Below, piece after piece: positions 1 to 9,567 of a stretch of DNA of 64,000 nt. Made by a program: the position numbers and the translations under genes. The DNA is from Candidatus Krumholzibacteriia bacterium. Lineage in GTDB: Bacteria > Krumholzibacteriota > Krumholzibacteriia > Krumholzibacteriales > Krumholzibacteriaceae. Under the pieces are notes generated by a model that saw only the letters and a program-made list of their open reading frames with translations, did not search any database and was not told where the DNA came from. The DNA is taken from positions 1,792,001-1,856,000 of the forward strand of contig CAWIIQ010000001.1 in assembly GCA_963836185.1 (NCBI GenBank). The letters are read 5' to 3'. Within the stretch, counting starts at the first letter, position 1. Each line of letters opens with the position of its first letter.

Positions 1-1024
1 CATTGAGCACCTTTATCTTGAGGAGCGCCGCCACAGTGACCAGACCGATCGTCGCCACCAGAACAGATATATAGAGGGCAGCTCTGCGCTCCCTGAAGAG
101 CCTGACCATCCCGGCCACCGCTGCCCCTCCGAACAGGAGTGCCGCGAGGCCGATCTTCAGGCCGTACCTTCCAAGCAGCGAGGATGCCGATATGGCATCA
201 TGAAGCTCCCTGAGGTCGGGGCCGTACGAGAATCCCATGGCGAAGGCGAAAAGTCCGTATGGATATGCCATCAACGCCGATGGCCCGGAGCCCTTCATCC
301 TGTATATTACCGGCAGTCTTGTCGCCTCAAGCGCTCGTATCCTCTTAAGGAAAAAGAATTCCCTGTATATCCATGGTGAGACGATCACAAGGACTACGAT
401 TGCGGCTAGAGAGCCGTACCTTAGATGGTCGCCTCTGAGCCTGCCTGTCACCATCAGATAGAGGACGAATCCAACACAGATGAAGACAGCCATGAAATGT
501 GAAAGGCACGCGAGGCCGAGCGACAGTCCCAGCAGGAGCCCGGTTCGAAACGAAGGTTTCTCATCGAACCTGCTGAAGGCCAGTAGAGAGAGGACGACAA
601 ACATCGTCAGAAAGGAATAGAACCTCAGTTCCTGTGAATAATATATGCTGAAAGGGTTGACCGCCATAAGCAGTGCGCCGGTAAGCGCTGTGCTCTCACC
701 CGATTCGCGCCTGAGCCAGAAGTAGATGAGAATGACCGTAACAACGCCGGCTACGGCCCCGGGGGAACGAAGCCACGCTTCTGAGGAAGAGATCTCCGAC
801 CAGAAGTGCATGACCAGGGAATAGAGAGGACCATGCACATCCCACATCAACTTTTCACCGTAAAATATACCCCCCTCTGGTGACGAATATGACCCGACAG
901 TCAGGATCTCATCGAGCCAGAAAGACTGATGTCCCAGTCGGAAAAACCTCAACAAGGCGGCCAGTACGGCTATCACCGTCAGGGCGGTCAGGTTTCTTTT
1001 GTGTATATGCGTATCGGTCATCAT
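1..1024 (-). CDS. GT-C fold glycosyltransferase (GT39/PMT_2-like) membrane protein, 3' end runs off window
   Basis: Absent from the ORF track. Manual translation from ATG 1024/1021: MTDTHIHKRNLTALTVIAVLAALLRFFRLGHQSFWLDEIL...DVHGPLYSLVMHFW...EAWLRSPG...NPFSIYYSQELRFYS, the typical GT-C motifs. Confidence 0.8.
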   Translation of the reverse strand, partial: MMTDTHIHKRNLTALTVIAVLAALLRFFRLGHQSFWLDEILTVGSYSSPEGGIFYGEKLMWDVHGPLYSLVMHFWSEISSSEAWLRSPGAVAGVVTVILIYFWLRRESGESTALTGALLMAVNPFSIYYSQELRFYSFLTMFVVLSLLAFSRFDEKPSFRTGLLLGLSLGLACLSHFMAVFICVGFVLYLMVTGRLRGDHLRYGSLAAIVVLVIVSPWIYREFFFLKRIRALEATRLPVIYRMKGSGPSALMAYPYGLFAFAMGFSYGPDLRELHDAISASSLLGRYGLKIGLAALLFGGAAVAGMVRLFRERRAALYISVLVATIGLVTVAALLKIKVLN

Positions 1025-1059
1025 CGTTCTTATACCCCACAAAGCACACTTTTTTCCAG

Positions 1060-1088
1060 TTGAAAACGAAACCGCCCCGGTCGATACT
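1060..1088 (+). promoter_or_regulatory. sigma70-type promoter, likely leaderless DUF72 mRNA
   Basis: TTGAAA-N17-GATACT, then 6 nt to ATG 1095; no SD. Confidence 0.5.
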
Positions 1089-1094
1089 TGATTC

Positions 1095-1994
1095 ATGGAT
1101 CCCCCGCAGAACAGGAAAACGAAGATCTACATCGGCCCGGCGGGCTGGTCATACGCTGACTGGGAAGGCGTCGTATACCCTCCGGGCAAAGGGATTGACA
1201 GGCTTCTCCATATCGCCCGTTACTTCACTGCAATAGAGCTAAACAGCTCTTTCTATCGGATTCCCCCGGAAAAGATGGTATCGAGCTGGCGGGACAGGCT
1301 CACGGCCGTCCCTGGTTTCAAGCTCACCATCAAGGTCAACGGGAGGTTCACTCACGAAAGGAAATATACACCCGGAGAGCTGGAGGAATTCATCGACAGG
1401 TTCACGCCCCTGCATGAAGAGGGTATCTCGGGGCCTTTCCTCCTCCAGTTTCCATGGTCGTTCAGGAACACCCCTGAATCGAGAGAATACCTCGAAGGCC
1501 TGGCTCCATATTTCGACGGCCGTCCGGCAGCCGTCGAGCTGAGGCACGGATCCTGGGCCGGGGAAGAGACTGGTCCCCTGCTCTCAAAATGCGGTTTCGC
1601 CTTCTGCAATATTGACCAGCCGCTGATCGGCGACTCCCTCCCGCCTTCGTCGGCCGTTACTGATCCGGGTACGGGATATATCCGCCTCCATGGACGGAAT
1701 GCCGGGAACTGGTTCCGGAAAGGAGCGGGACGGGACGCAAGATACGATTACCTCTATTCGATGGATGAAATGGAAGAATGGTCGGAGCGGGCGGGCGAGA
1801 TGATCGGCCGGGTCGGTTCTCTTTTCATTATCACGAACAATCACTTTCAGGGGCAGGCGCTGGCCAACGGCATCCAGCTCAGATCGATGCTCGAAGGAGG
1901 CACAGTTGAAGCCCCTGCCTCTCTGATAAGATCGTTCGCGTCTTTAAGGGATATAGCCGTCCCCCCACATGGCGAAGAGGAACTCGATCTGTAA
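1095..1994 (+). CDS. DUF72 (YecE/YunF) family protein
   Basis: IGPAGWSYADW, IELNSSFY, LLQFPWSF, VELRHGSW, YIRLHGRN, RYDYLYS, NNHFQGQA motifs. Confidence 0.92.
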   Translation: MDPPQNRKTKIYIGPAGWSYADWEGVVYPPGKGIDRLLHIARYFTAIELNSSFYRIPPEKMVSSWRDRLTAVPGFKLTIKVNGRFTHERKYTPGELEEFIDRFTPLHEEGISGPFLLQFPWSFRNTPESREYLEGLAPYFDGRPAAVELRHGSWAGEETGPLLSKCGFAFCNIDQPLIGDSLPPSSAVTDPGTGYIRLHGRNAGNWFRKGAGRDARYDYLYSMDEMEEWSERAGEMIGRVGSLFIITNNHFQGQALANGIQLRSMLEGGTVEAPASLIRSFASLRDIAVPPHGEEELDL

Positions 1995-2011
1995 GCGTTA
2001 TCGCGAGCAGT

Positions 2012-2584
2012 CTATCTTGTCAGTATCCCGATCAGAAGAATCACTGCGACCACCGCGATATATATCAACAGCTTCTTCGGCGTCAGGAGATTGCCGCTCT
2101 TGCCCGCATCCATCATCGTCTTGATATTCGGAGTCTTTTTCTCTACAAGGGGCGTGTGGCAGAACTGGCAGTACTCATCGTCCTTTTTGATGGGAAATCC
2201 GCACTTCAGACAGCTCTTGTCAGGAACAGAAGCAATCGTCGGCTCTTCCTCGGCGATCTCGACCTTGGGCGCCTCTTCCGGATTATACTCCTCGAGCATG
2301 CCGAGGCCGCCGGCCTCCTCTATCAACTCAAGGGCGCCACGGGCCCTCGGAGCGGATTTCGTCTCGAGTATGGTCTTGGGCAGATTGCGCATCATGAACT
2401 TTATTCTTGTGACGGGCGAATTTGTCAGAATCCCGTACTTTATGGCGAATGAGCCGGGAGTCTCGATATCACTCTTTATTCCCTCGAGGATGACCCTGTA
2501 GATCGTCTCTGCAGATTTGCCGCCGGCTGTTTCTTCGCCGGCACCAGGAACGGCTGACTTGTATGCGGAATCCTGTATAGACAT
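2012..2584 (-). CDS. hypothetical protein: L7/L12-CTD-like segment, CxxC..CxxC zinc ribbon, C-terminal TM anchor
   Basis: Start moved to ATG 2584 (SD GAAGGGAG; the track's GTG lies inside a sigma54 promoter). CLKCGFPIKKDDEYCQFC; hydrophobic C-terminus. Confidence 0.7.
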   Translation of the reverse strand: MSIQDSAYKSAVPGAGEETAGGKSAETIYRVILEGIKSDIETPGSFAIKYGILTNSPVTRIKFMMRNLPKTILETKSAPRARGALELIEEAGGLGMLEEYNPEEAPKVEIAEEEPTIASVPDKSCLKCGFPIKKDDEYCQFCHTPLVEKKTPNIKTMMDAGKSGNLLTPKKLLIYIAVVAVILLIGILTR

Positions 2585-2609
2585 AATTCTCCCTTCAGGC
2601 TCCGAATAA

Positions 2610-2625
2610 TGCATTATCCGTGCCA
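2610..2625 (-). promoter_or_regulatory. sigma54 (-24/-12) promoter
   Basis: TGGCACGGATAATGCA: GG-N10-GC, about 25 nt upstream of ATG 2584. Confidence 0.7.
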
Positions 2626-2656
2626 CAGAGTGACTTTCTGAAGTTCGGCCTGGGAT

Positions 2657-2688
2657 AAAAAAAGGGCCGGAAGCTCATCCGGCCCTTT
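2657..2688 (-). terminator. intrinsic terminator after FN3 lipoprotein gene
   Basis: AAAGGGCCGGA-agctca-TCCGGCCCTTT stem with U-tract on the minus strand. Confidence 0.8.
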
Positions 2689-2709
2689 CAGGAATCATGT
2701 CGCACGGCC

Positions 2710-3105
2710 TTAGCGTGTATTGATAACAGCGCACTCCTCGTCGGTCCTCCACCCTTCTATACCGAATGTATCTACAGCTGAGACCTTGTAGCAGTACTCT
2801 ACGTTTCCGACCAGCCTGTCGTCGATATATGTCAGGCTGGTCGTCGTACCGGCCAGTTCGACGACATCATATGCCGCGAAATAGTAGTAGATCCTGAATT
2901 CCTCGATGGCTCCCATGTTACCGGACTCGTAATCCCATGCTATCGTCGCCTGTTCCGAACCTGCCGTGACCGAAAGGTCGGTCGGGGCCGGCGGAGCTTC
3001 CAGATCGAACGGCGCGGGCTCTGTCCCATGATCGTTCGAACAGGAGACGAAGGCGGCAGCCGCGACAACCATCAATGCTATTATCGTATTCTTCAGCATC
3101 GTCAT
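2710..3105 (-). CDS. fibronectin type III domain lipoprotein
   Basis: Lipobox FVSC; PPAPTDL..IAWD..FRIY..YIDD.L..YCYKVSAVD FN3 pattern; SD GGAGG. Confidence 0.8.
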   Translation of the reverse strand: MTMLKNTIIALMVVAAAAFVSCSNDHGTEPAPFDLEAPPAPTDLSVTAGSEQATIAWDYESGNMGAIEEFRIYYYFAAYDVVELAGTTTSLTYIDDRLVGNVEYCYKVSAVDTFGIEGWRTDEECAVINTR

Positions 3106-3111
3106 CGCCTC

Positions 3112-3592
3112 CTAAAAAGTGAATGTCTTTACAAGCATGAATCCATCCGGCCTGATCTCCATGGCGACGGGCGGTGTGCTTGCTTCGGGGCCGAGCGTGA
3201 TATCAAGTATGCTCCAGACATACATGCCGGCCAGGACGCCTATCGCTACGTTACGGTATGTGTACGCATCGTCAGCATCGTTCCACGCGTCTGTCATCTG
3301 CGAATAGTACTCGGCCGCGTCCCCGATGTAGGTCGCCTGCGCATAGCCCCTGGACGCATCCTCGTACGAATCCACGTGCCGGTTATACTGAAGGGTGAAT
3401 CCAGCCGATCGCTCCGATAGAAACAAGCGCTGTACCCATCATCACGGCGCCTCTTGTGTACCGTCCGGTCGAGATCTGCCCCCATCCCGGGAAGACGCAT
3501 CCCTTGATAATATCCTCTGTCCTCTCGGCAGCGGAGGCGGCGGACGATAACAGCAGCAACGCTGCGAGCGCTGTTACCATGGTCTTTCTCAT
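3112..3592 (-). CDS. secreted/membrane hypothetical protein (DUF5683-like), split by a 1-nt insertion near 3405
   Basis: Signal peptide + FPGWGQISTGRYTRG (3383..3592) joins AGFTLQYNR...YVWSILD...VKTFTF (3112..3426) if one G of ATCGGCT is removed. Confidence 0.65.
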
Positions 3593-3673
3593 CCGGAATC
3601 CTTTCTGCGGGTCATTATCGATAAATGCTCTTATAGCCTTTTTACGGATTTCGGGCGAATTTGTTACATCGCC

Positions 3674-3702
3674 ATTGTATAGCCTCTTGAAGTCCGGAAC
3701 AA
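3674..3702 (-). promoter_or_regulatory. sigma70 promoter for the 3592 operon
   Basis: TTGTTC-N17-TACAAT. Confidence 0.5.
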
Positions 3703-3709
3703 TAGCCGA

Positions 3710-3738
3710 TTGACATGTTTCAGGAAAGCCCTTAGTTT
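3710..3738 (+). promoter_or_regulatory. sigma70 promoter for the ABC operon
   Basis: TTGACA-N17-TAGTTT upstream of SD GGAGGA and TTG start 3792. Confidence 0.6.
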
Positions 3739-3791
3739 TATGTACGCTGCGAGCGGGAAAGGGCAGTGAGCTTCTTTTTTGGAGGACCGGT

Positions 3792-4742
3792 TTGATCGAA
3801 GTACGGGAACTCTCAAAGAATTACGGGATTACGAAGGCGGTCGAAAGGCTGTCCTTCACCGTGGAAAGAGGCGAGGTCCTCGGCTTTCTGGGCCCGAACG
3901 GAGCAGGCAAGACGACCACGATGAAGATGCTTACATGTTATCTCCCCCCCTCCTCCGGAACTGCCAGTATATTCGGTTTTGACATACTTGAGGATTCGAT
4001 GGAGGTCCGGGAAAGGATCGGGTACCTGCCCGAGAAGAATCCCCTCTATACCGACATGGACGTATACTCATTTCTCGAGCTCGCTGCACGCCTTAAAGGA
4101 GTCGGTAGAGATTCCATCACCGGCTCAGTCGCGGAAGTTGTCGAAAGATGCGGCCTGGGGGATGTCAGCCGCAGAAGGATCGGAAATCTCTCCAAGGGTT
4201 TTCAGCAGAGAGTTGGAATAGCACAGGCCATCGTAAACGATCCTGAGCTTCTAATCCTTGATGAGCCCACGATAGGCCTCGATCCGCGGCAGATAATCGA
4301 CATCAGGTCCCTTATAAAAGATCTCGGCAAAGACAGGACTGTCATACTCAGCTCCCATATCCTGCCGGAAGTCAGCCAGGTCTGCGACAGGATAATAATA
4401 ATCAATAACGGACTTCTCGTTGCCGTCGATACACCCGACAACCTTCGCGACAGGCTGAAGAGATCTTCGATGACAAGGGTACGTATCGCGGGATCTGCCG
4501 TTGCAGCAGATGCGGAGAAGATCATCTCATCGATCGGGGGAGCGCGTGTGATCCGAAGCGAAGAGAAGGGCGGGGACGGATCGTCTCTTCTCACCGTGGA
4601 ATCGGCCACTGACTCGGATATCCGAAATCTGCTCGCCCGGAAACTGGTCGAGGCGGATATCCCTCTCCTTGAGATCTACAGCGAGGAACTCTCCCTCGAA
4701 GACATCTTCATCAGGCTGGTAACCGAAGAGGGAGATGCATGA
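3792..4742 (+). CDS. ABC transporter ATP-binding protein (GldA-like)
   Basis: GPNGAGKTT, LSKGFQQRVG, ILDEPTIGLDP, SSHILPEV, SLEDIF. Confidence 0.92.
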   Translation: MIEVRELSKNYGITKAVERLSFTVERGEVLGFLGPNGAGKTTTMKMLTCYLPPSSGTASIFGFDILEDSMEVRERIGYLPEKNPLYTDMDVYSFLELAARLKGVGRDSITGSVAEVVERCGLGDVSRRRIGNLSKGFQQRVGIAQAIVNDPELLILDEPTIGLDPRQIIDIRSLIKDLGKDRTVILSSHILPEVSQVCDRIIIINNGLLVAVDTPDNLRDRLKRSSMTRVRIAGSAVAADAEKIISSIGGARVIRSEEKGGDGSSLLTVESATDSDIRNLLARKLVEADIPLLEIYSEELSLEDIFIRLVTEEGDA

Positions 4743-5509
4743 ACAAGGCCTCAGCGATATACGGAAAGGAATTGAGATACTTCTTCCAGTCGATTACGGC
4801 CTACGTCGTCATCTCGATATTCTTAGTGATATCCGGGTACTTTTTCTTCAGTATGTTCCGGTATTATAATCTTCTATCCCTTCAATCGATTCAGAGTGGC
4901 TTCGCCAGTGGCGGACTGAACCTGATCGATGGAGTGATGCGGCCCCTTCTCGGCAATATCAGCATCATAATCCTCCTTCTACTCCCCCTGCTTACGATGA
5001 GGTTGATGGCCGAGGAGAAGAAGCAGGGTACGTTCGAACTCCTCTCCACCTATCCAGTTTCAGATATCGAAACGGTATGGGGCAAGTTCCTGGCAACGAT
5101 GACAGTCTACGCGCTGATGATCGGCTGCACCCTTCTCTACCCCGCGATGCTTTTCTATTACGCCGAGCCGGAGATCGTGCCGATCGTAACCGGATATCTC
5201 GGCCTTCTTCTTATGGGCGCGGCCTTTATCGCTATGGGGACTTTCTTCTCCTCACTCACCGACAACCAGATCATCGCAGGTGTCGCTACATTCGGAGCGT
5301 CCCTCTTCTTTCTCGTGATAGGCTGGGCCGCCCCATTCGTCGGCCCCAGATTCGCGGCGGTGCTGGCGCAGATCTCGATACTCTATCATTTCGAATCGTT
5401 CTCCAAGGGAGTGATCGAGACGAGCGACCTGACATACTATATATTCCTGACCACTTTCTTTCTTTTCCTGACTGTGAGATCTCTCGAATCGACGAGGTGG
5501 AAAAGCTGA
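4739..5509 (+). CDS. ABC-2 permease (GldF-like)
   Basis: KELRYFF, PLLTMRLMAEEKKQGTFELL, HFESFSKGVI; ATGA overlap with upstream gene. Confidence 0.9.
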   Translation: MNKASAIYGKELRYFFQSITAYVVISIFLVISGYFFFSMFRYYNLLSLQSIQSGFASGGLNLIDGVMRPLLGNISIIILLLLPLLTMRLMAEEKKQGTFELLSTYPVSDIETVWGKFLATMTVYALMIGCTLLYPAMLFYYAEPEIVPIVTGYLGLLLMGAAFIAMGTFFSSLTDNQIIAGVATFGASLFFLVIGWAAPFVGPRFAAVLAQISILYHFESFSKGVIETSDLTYYIFLTTFFLFLTVRSLESTRWKS

Positions 5510-7059
5510 TGGGCAGTTTGATCTACAGAATACTCGGTGCTGCCGGCCTTCTTCTTGTCGTGTTCGGGGGAATCCTCTACGGGATATTCTACACGAGTGG
5601 ATGGCCGGCCATCATCCCCCTTGTGCTCGGCATGGCGATGACGATCGCCGCTTTCGCGGGAGCGTACCGTTCCGAGAGCTCGGAGGGCTCGAGACGGACA
5701 GCGCGTTTCGGGATAGGTGCCGGACTTTCGGTCGTGGCGGTCGCCGCTATACTGATCCTCCTTCAGACCCTGGCATACCGGCACACTTCTTCGATCGACC
5801 TCACCAGCAACAGCCGATTCTCGCTCTCCCCTCAGACGGCCAAGGTCCTCGGATCTCTTGAGGCTTCCGTGCATCTAACAGCTTTTTACAAGGAGACGAA
5901 CCCTGACAGGGTCGTCCTGATGGACCTGCTGGAAAGTTTCTCGGCCCGCAATCCTGCTGTGACCTATGTATTCATCGACCCCGACAGGGAACCCCTGATA
6001 GCCCGCAATTACGGGATCACCCGTTCAGGTATAGTCTTTGTGGAGTCCGGGCAGATGCGCGAGGAACTGGAGGCTGCGAACGAAGAGCGACTGACCAATG
6101 CCATCGCGAGAGTGACCTCCGGCGGCATAAAGACGATCTGTTTTCTAACGGGCCACGGGGAAAAATCCGTGCATGAGAGCGGCCCCCACGGGATCAGTTC
6201 CTTTCTGGAGGCTTTACGGGCTGAAAATTTCGAAGTACGCGACATTGTCGCTCTCGGTGCGGAACGGATTCCAGCTGACTGCGACATCCTTATCCTCGCC
6301 GGGCCCGAGAAGGACATAATCAAACACGAACAGAATGTGATCCTCGACTACCTTACTGAAGGCGGACGGGCGCTCTTTCTCCTCGATCCGATGACCGAAA
6401 TAGCGAACATCGAGGGTATACTCGCCGCTTACGGGATACTCCTCGGAAACGATGTTATCGTCGACAGGTACGGAAAACTCCTCGCCGGCAACTTTCTGAC
6501 TCCGGTTGTTAACAATTACGGCGTGCATCCTATAACGGATGGATTCAGACATTTCTCGTTCTTCCCGCAGGCGCGATCGGTAACAGCGATGAAGGACCCT
6601 CCTGCCACACTCGATGTAACAGTCATCGGCAGAACGAATGAGGGCGCTTATTCCGAAACCGACATGGCGACACTGCTGGAAGGACAGACCCAGTTCGAGC
6701 CCTCGGAGGATATAAAAGGGCCTGTTGATATAGCAGTCGCCGCGGTCATGCTCTCGCAAGCCGATTCATCTTCCAGAGCCCCGGAATCCCGCATCGTCGG
6801 TTTCGGAGACAGTGATTTCGCGGGAAACTCCAACCTGCGCCTCTCGGGAAACAGGGACCTCCTTCTCAATACAGTTCACTGGCTTGCCGAATCAGAGGAC
6901 ATGATCTCTATCAGGCCGGCCGACGACCTTCAGCAGCCAGTCCTGCTGACAGCTACCCAGGGGCGTTTCGTCTTCTGGATCCCTGTCGTCGCCCTGCCCG
7001 CACTCATACTGCTCGCCGGAGCGGTGATCCTCACATGGAGAAAACGAACCGTCCGGTAG
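5509..7059 (+). CDS. GldG-like ABC auxiliary component (GIFT/IFT52-like domain)
   Basis: True start ATG 5509 (TGATG overlap). IDLTSNSRFSLSPQT, FIDPD, FLTGHGEK, FGDSDF, GNRDLLLNTVHWL, C-terminal TM. Confidence 0.88.
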   Translation: MGSLIYRILGAAGLLLVVFGGILYGIFYTSGWPAIIPLVLGMAMTIAAFAGAYRSESSEGSRRTARFGIGAGLSVVAVAAILILLQTLAYRHTSSIDLTSNSRFSLSPQTAKVLGSLEASVHLTAFYKETNPDRVVLMDLLESFSARNPAVTYVFIDPDREPLIARNYGITRSGIVFVESGQMREELEAANEERLTNAIARVTSGGIKTICFLTGHGEKSVHESGPHGISSFLEALRAENFEVRDIVALGAERIPADCDILILAGPEKDIIKHEQNVILDYLTEGGRALFLLDPMTEIANIEGILAAYGILLGNDVIVDRYGKLLAGNFLTPVVNNYGVHPITDGFRHFSFFPQARSVTAMKDPPATLDVTVIGRTNEGAYSETDMATLLEGQTQFEPSEDIKGPVDIAVAAVMLSQADSSSRAPESRIVGFGDSDFAGNSNLRLSGNRDLLLNTVHWLAESEDMISIRPADDLQQPVLLTATQGRFVFWIPVVALPALILLAGAVILTWRKRTVR

Positions 7060-7072
7060 TGGAGGCTGATCT

Positions 7073-8389
7073 ATGAAGGCCCGCAGCCTCATTATCCTGG
7101 CAGTGATCCTCGTGATCGTAGCGGGATATTTATTCATAATCGACGAGAAGAGGCGCAGTGACTCCGCCGAGGAGGAGAAGTCATCTCGAAAACTAGTGCC
7201 CTATGGCCCTCTTGATATCGATCTCGTTTCATTTATCAACCCGTATGGCGAGACGATCATCTGGAAGAGGGATGGCGACGGTTGGCTCATAACATTTCCC
7301 GTAACAGATATCGGCGAGAAAAGTACCATCGACATGTTTCTCGGCCAGATAGCCCCTGGACAGAAGCTCGAGGAATTCACCGGCGTTGATGATCTTTCAA
7401 AGTACGGACTTGCCCCTCCATACGCTATCGTCATTCTCGAGAGCGAGCGCTATGGGAGGATAGATACTCTTTACATCGGCGATAAGACACAGACGAGTTT
7501 CAGATCGTATGTGTCTCTGGGCTCGTCACGCAGCGTGGCAGTGACCAGGGAACTTGCTCACAACGTCATGCAGAAGAGACTCTTTCACATCAGGGACAAG
7601 AATTTCCTCTCCCCCGCGGAGAGGGACATCGTCGAATTCGCCATCATATCCGGAAACGACACTCTTCCCTTTCAGCGTTGGGGAGATGCATGGAAAGTCG
7701 CCGGCTCGACATTGACCGTGGACCGCGACGTGATCGAGCCATGGGTCATGCGTCTGAGAAGCGCCCTGGTCTACGAATTCGCCGCCGAGGATCTGGCGGA
7801 TACGATTTCATTCGGCATCGGTGCTCCTGGCAGGTCTGTCATCCTGAAAACATCTCAGGGTGACTCCACCAGGATATCCTTCGGCCGAGTTTCGGAATCT
7901 CTCGTTCCTGTCGTGAAATCGGGCCGAGAAAAAATAATGATGATCGAATCAACTTTTCTCGACGCATTTTACTGGACCGACGACCGCCTCATCGTGATGA
8001 GTCTTTCACTCGTCAGGCCGGGAACAGTCGCCGCCCTCCAATGGGAGACTCCAGATTCGGTTACTTCCTGGAAAAAGGAGAACGATATCTGGATGACCGC
8101 GGGGGACGATCCCTCGCCGGTCGATCAGGAAGCGCTGAAGTATCTACTGATGTACATTCGTTCGGTTGTTTACGAGAATATCGTCACAGACCGTGAAAAA
8201 GTCTCATCGGTCAGGCCCGATGTAATGATCACACTTGGCGACGCTTCAGGGGAAGTGCTGGACATCATCTCACTTTACCGCTTCGATGACGGAACAGCCG
8301 GAGGCATCTCTATATCTGGCGGTAATGCCGGCCGCATCAACGAGGGTGTCCTGGCGGAGATATACAGGGCCCGCTCAGCGATACGCTGA
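7073..8389 (+). CDS. DUF4340 domain protein
   Basis: N-terminal TM, LSKYGLAPP, LYIGDKT, RDKNFL; usual partner of GldG; SD GGAGG. Confidence 0.8.
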   Translation: MKARSLIILAVILVIVAGYLFIIDEKRRSDSAEEEKSSRKLVPYGPLDIDLVSFINPYGETIIWKRDGDGWLITFPVTDIGEKSTIDMFLGQIAPGQKLEEFTGVDDLSKYGLAPPYAIVILESERYGRIDTLYIGDKTQTSFRSYVSLGSSRSVAVTRELAHNVMQKRLFHIRDKNFLSPAERDIVEFAIISGNDTLPFQRWGDAWKVAGSTLTVDRDVIEPWVMRLRSALVYEFAAEDLADTISFGIGAPGRSVILKTSQGDSTRISFGRVSESLVPVVKSGREKIMMIESTFLDAFYWTDDRLIVMSLSLVRPGTVAALQWETPDSVTSWKKENDIWMTAGDDPSPVDQEALKYLLMYIRSVVYENIVTDREKVSSVRPDVMITLGDASGEVLDIISLYRFDDGTAGGISISGGNAGRINEGVLAEIYRARSAIR

Positions 8390-8421
8390 CAGTAACTGCT
8401 GTACCAACTTCAACGATATTC

Positions 8422-8430
8422 TGCTATATT
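8422..8430 (+). promoter_or_regulatory. extended -10 promoter, leaderless amrS transcript
   Basis: TGcTATATT, 6 nt before ATG 8437; no SD. Confidence 0.5.
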
Positions 8431-8436
8431 CAGAGC

Positions 8437-9567
8437 ATGATGAACGCTTCCCGCAGAAATATGTCCAGAAGGGATTTTCTCGCAACTACAGCAGGATTGC
8501 TGGCTGCCGGAACCGTGGCCGGAAGCCCGATCCTCGCCGCTGATGGATCTCCGCGAAAAGCTGAGTTCTGGGAAATACTGAATAAGGGGAAAGTGAGATG
8601 TAACCTGTGCCCTCACGGCTGCACAATCGCCGATGGAAGACGCGGAGCCTGCAGGGTCAGGGAAAATCGCGGAGGCGAACTCTTTACTCTCTCGTGGGGC
8701 AGACCATGTGCTCTTCACGCCGATCCTATAGAGAAAAAGCCTTTCTATCATTTTCTGCCGGGTTCGACCTCCCTTTCGCTTTCTACTATCGGATGTAACA
8801 TGAAGTGCCTTTTCTGCCAGAACTGGCAGATCTCCCAGTCCTCCCCCGAGGACCTGGAAACAGAGATCGTTAATCCCGGATTCTTCGCGAAAAAAGCTGT
8901 CATGGAGGGGGCCTCATCTATTGCCTTCACCTATGGTGAACCTGTCGTCTTTATAGAATACGCAATGGATATCGCTGAGGCTGCAAAAGCATCCGGGGTC
9001 AGAAGCGTTGTGGTCTCCAACGGCTATATCGAACAGAAGCCGCTTGCCGCTCTCTGTTCTTCCATCGATGCTGTAAAAATCGATCTTAAGGCTTTCGAGG
9101 ATGGATACTACCGCAAGATATGTGGAGCAAAACTCGACCCAGTCCTTCGTTCTCTCGTCGAGATCCGCTCGAGTGGTGTCTGGCTCGAGATCGTCTACTT
9201 GATGGTACCGACGCTTAATGACGATGCGGATACGATAGGCAGGATGGCTGCCTGGATCCACTCCGAACTTGGACCGGACGTTCCCCTGCACTTCTCGAGA
9301 TTTCACCCAGCTTACCGTCTGCCTGACCTCCCTCCCACACCCGTCTCTTCTCTTGAGACGGCAAGAGAGAGGTGCCTGGACGCGGGATTGAATTACGTTT
9401 ATATCGGTAACGTTGCAGGTCACGCGGCAGACTCGACATATTGCCGTTCATGTTCCGAAAAGATCATCGAAAGGTCCGGATACAGGATACTTTCTATCAA
9501 GATGGAAGAAGACAAGTGCCTGTTCTGCGGTACGGCACAACCTGGTATATGGAGGACAGACTCATGA
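8437..9567 (+). CDS. amrS: AmmeMemoRadiSam system radical SAM enzyme with N-terminal Tat signal
   Basis: CNLCPHGC..GACRVR, DPIEKKPFYHF, GCNMKCLFCQNWQIS (CxxxCxxC), PLHFSRFHP, YVYIGNV; N-terminus SRRDFL + hydrophobic stretch. Confidence 0.92.
   Translation: MMNASRRNMSRRDFLATTAGLLAAGTVAGSPILAADGSPRKAEFWEILNKGKVRCNLCPHGCTIADGRRGACRVRENRGGELFTLSWGRPCALHADPIEKKPFYHFLPGSTSLSLSTIGCNMKCLFCQNWQISQSSPEDLETEIVNPGFFAKKAVMEGASSIAFTYGEPVVFIEYAMDIAEAAKASGVRSVVVSNGYIEQKPLAALCSSIDAVKIDLKAFEDGYYRKICGAKLDPVLRSLVEIRSSGVWLEIVYLMVPTLNDDADTIGRMAAWIHSELGPDVPLHFSRFHPAYRLPDLPPTPVSSLETARERCLDAGLNYVYIGNVAGHAADSTYCRSCSEKIIERSGYRILSIKMEEDKCLFCGTAQPGIWRTDS

Noticed and set aside
5077-5508. N-terminal extension of the 660-aa ORF
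   Set aside because: Overlaps the permease out of frame; real start is ATG 5509 (TGATG coupling)
9441-9563. N-terminal extension of the AmrB/A ORF
   Set aside because: TTG start inside amrS; SD and ATGA coupling point to 9564
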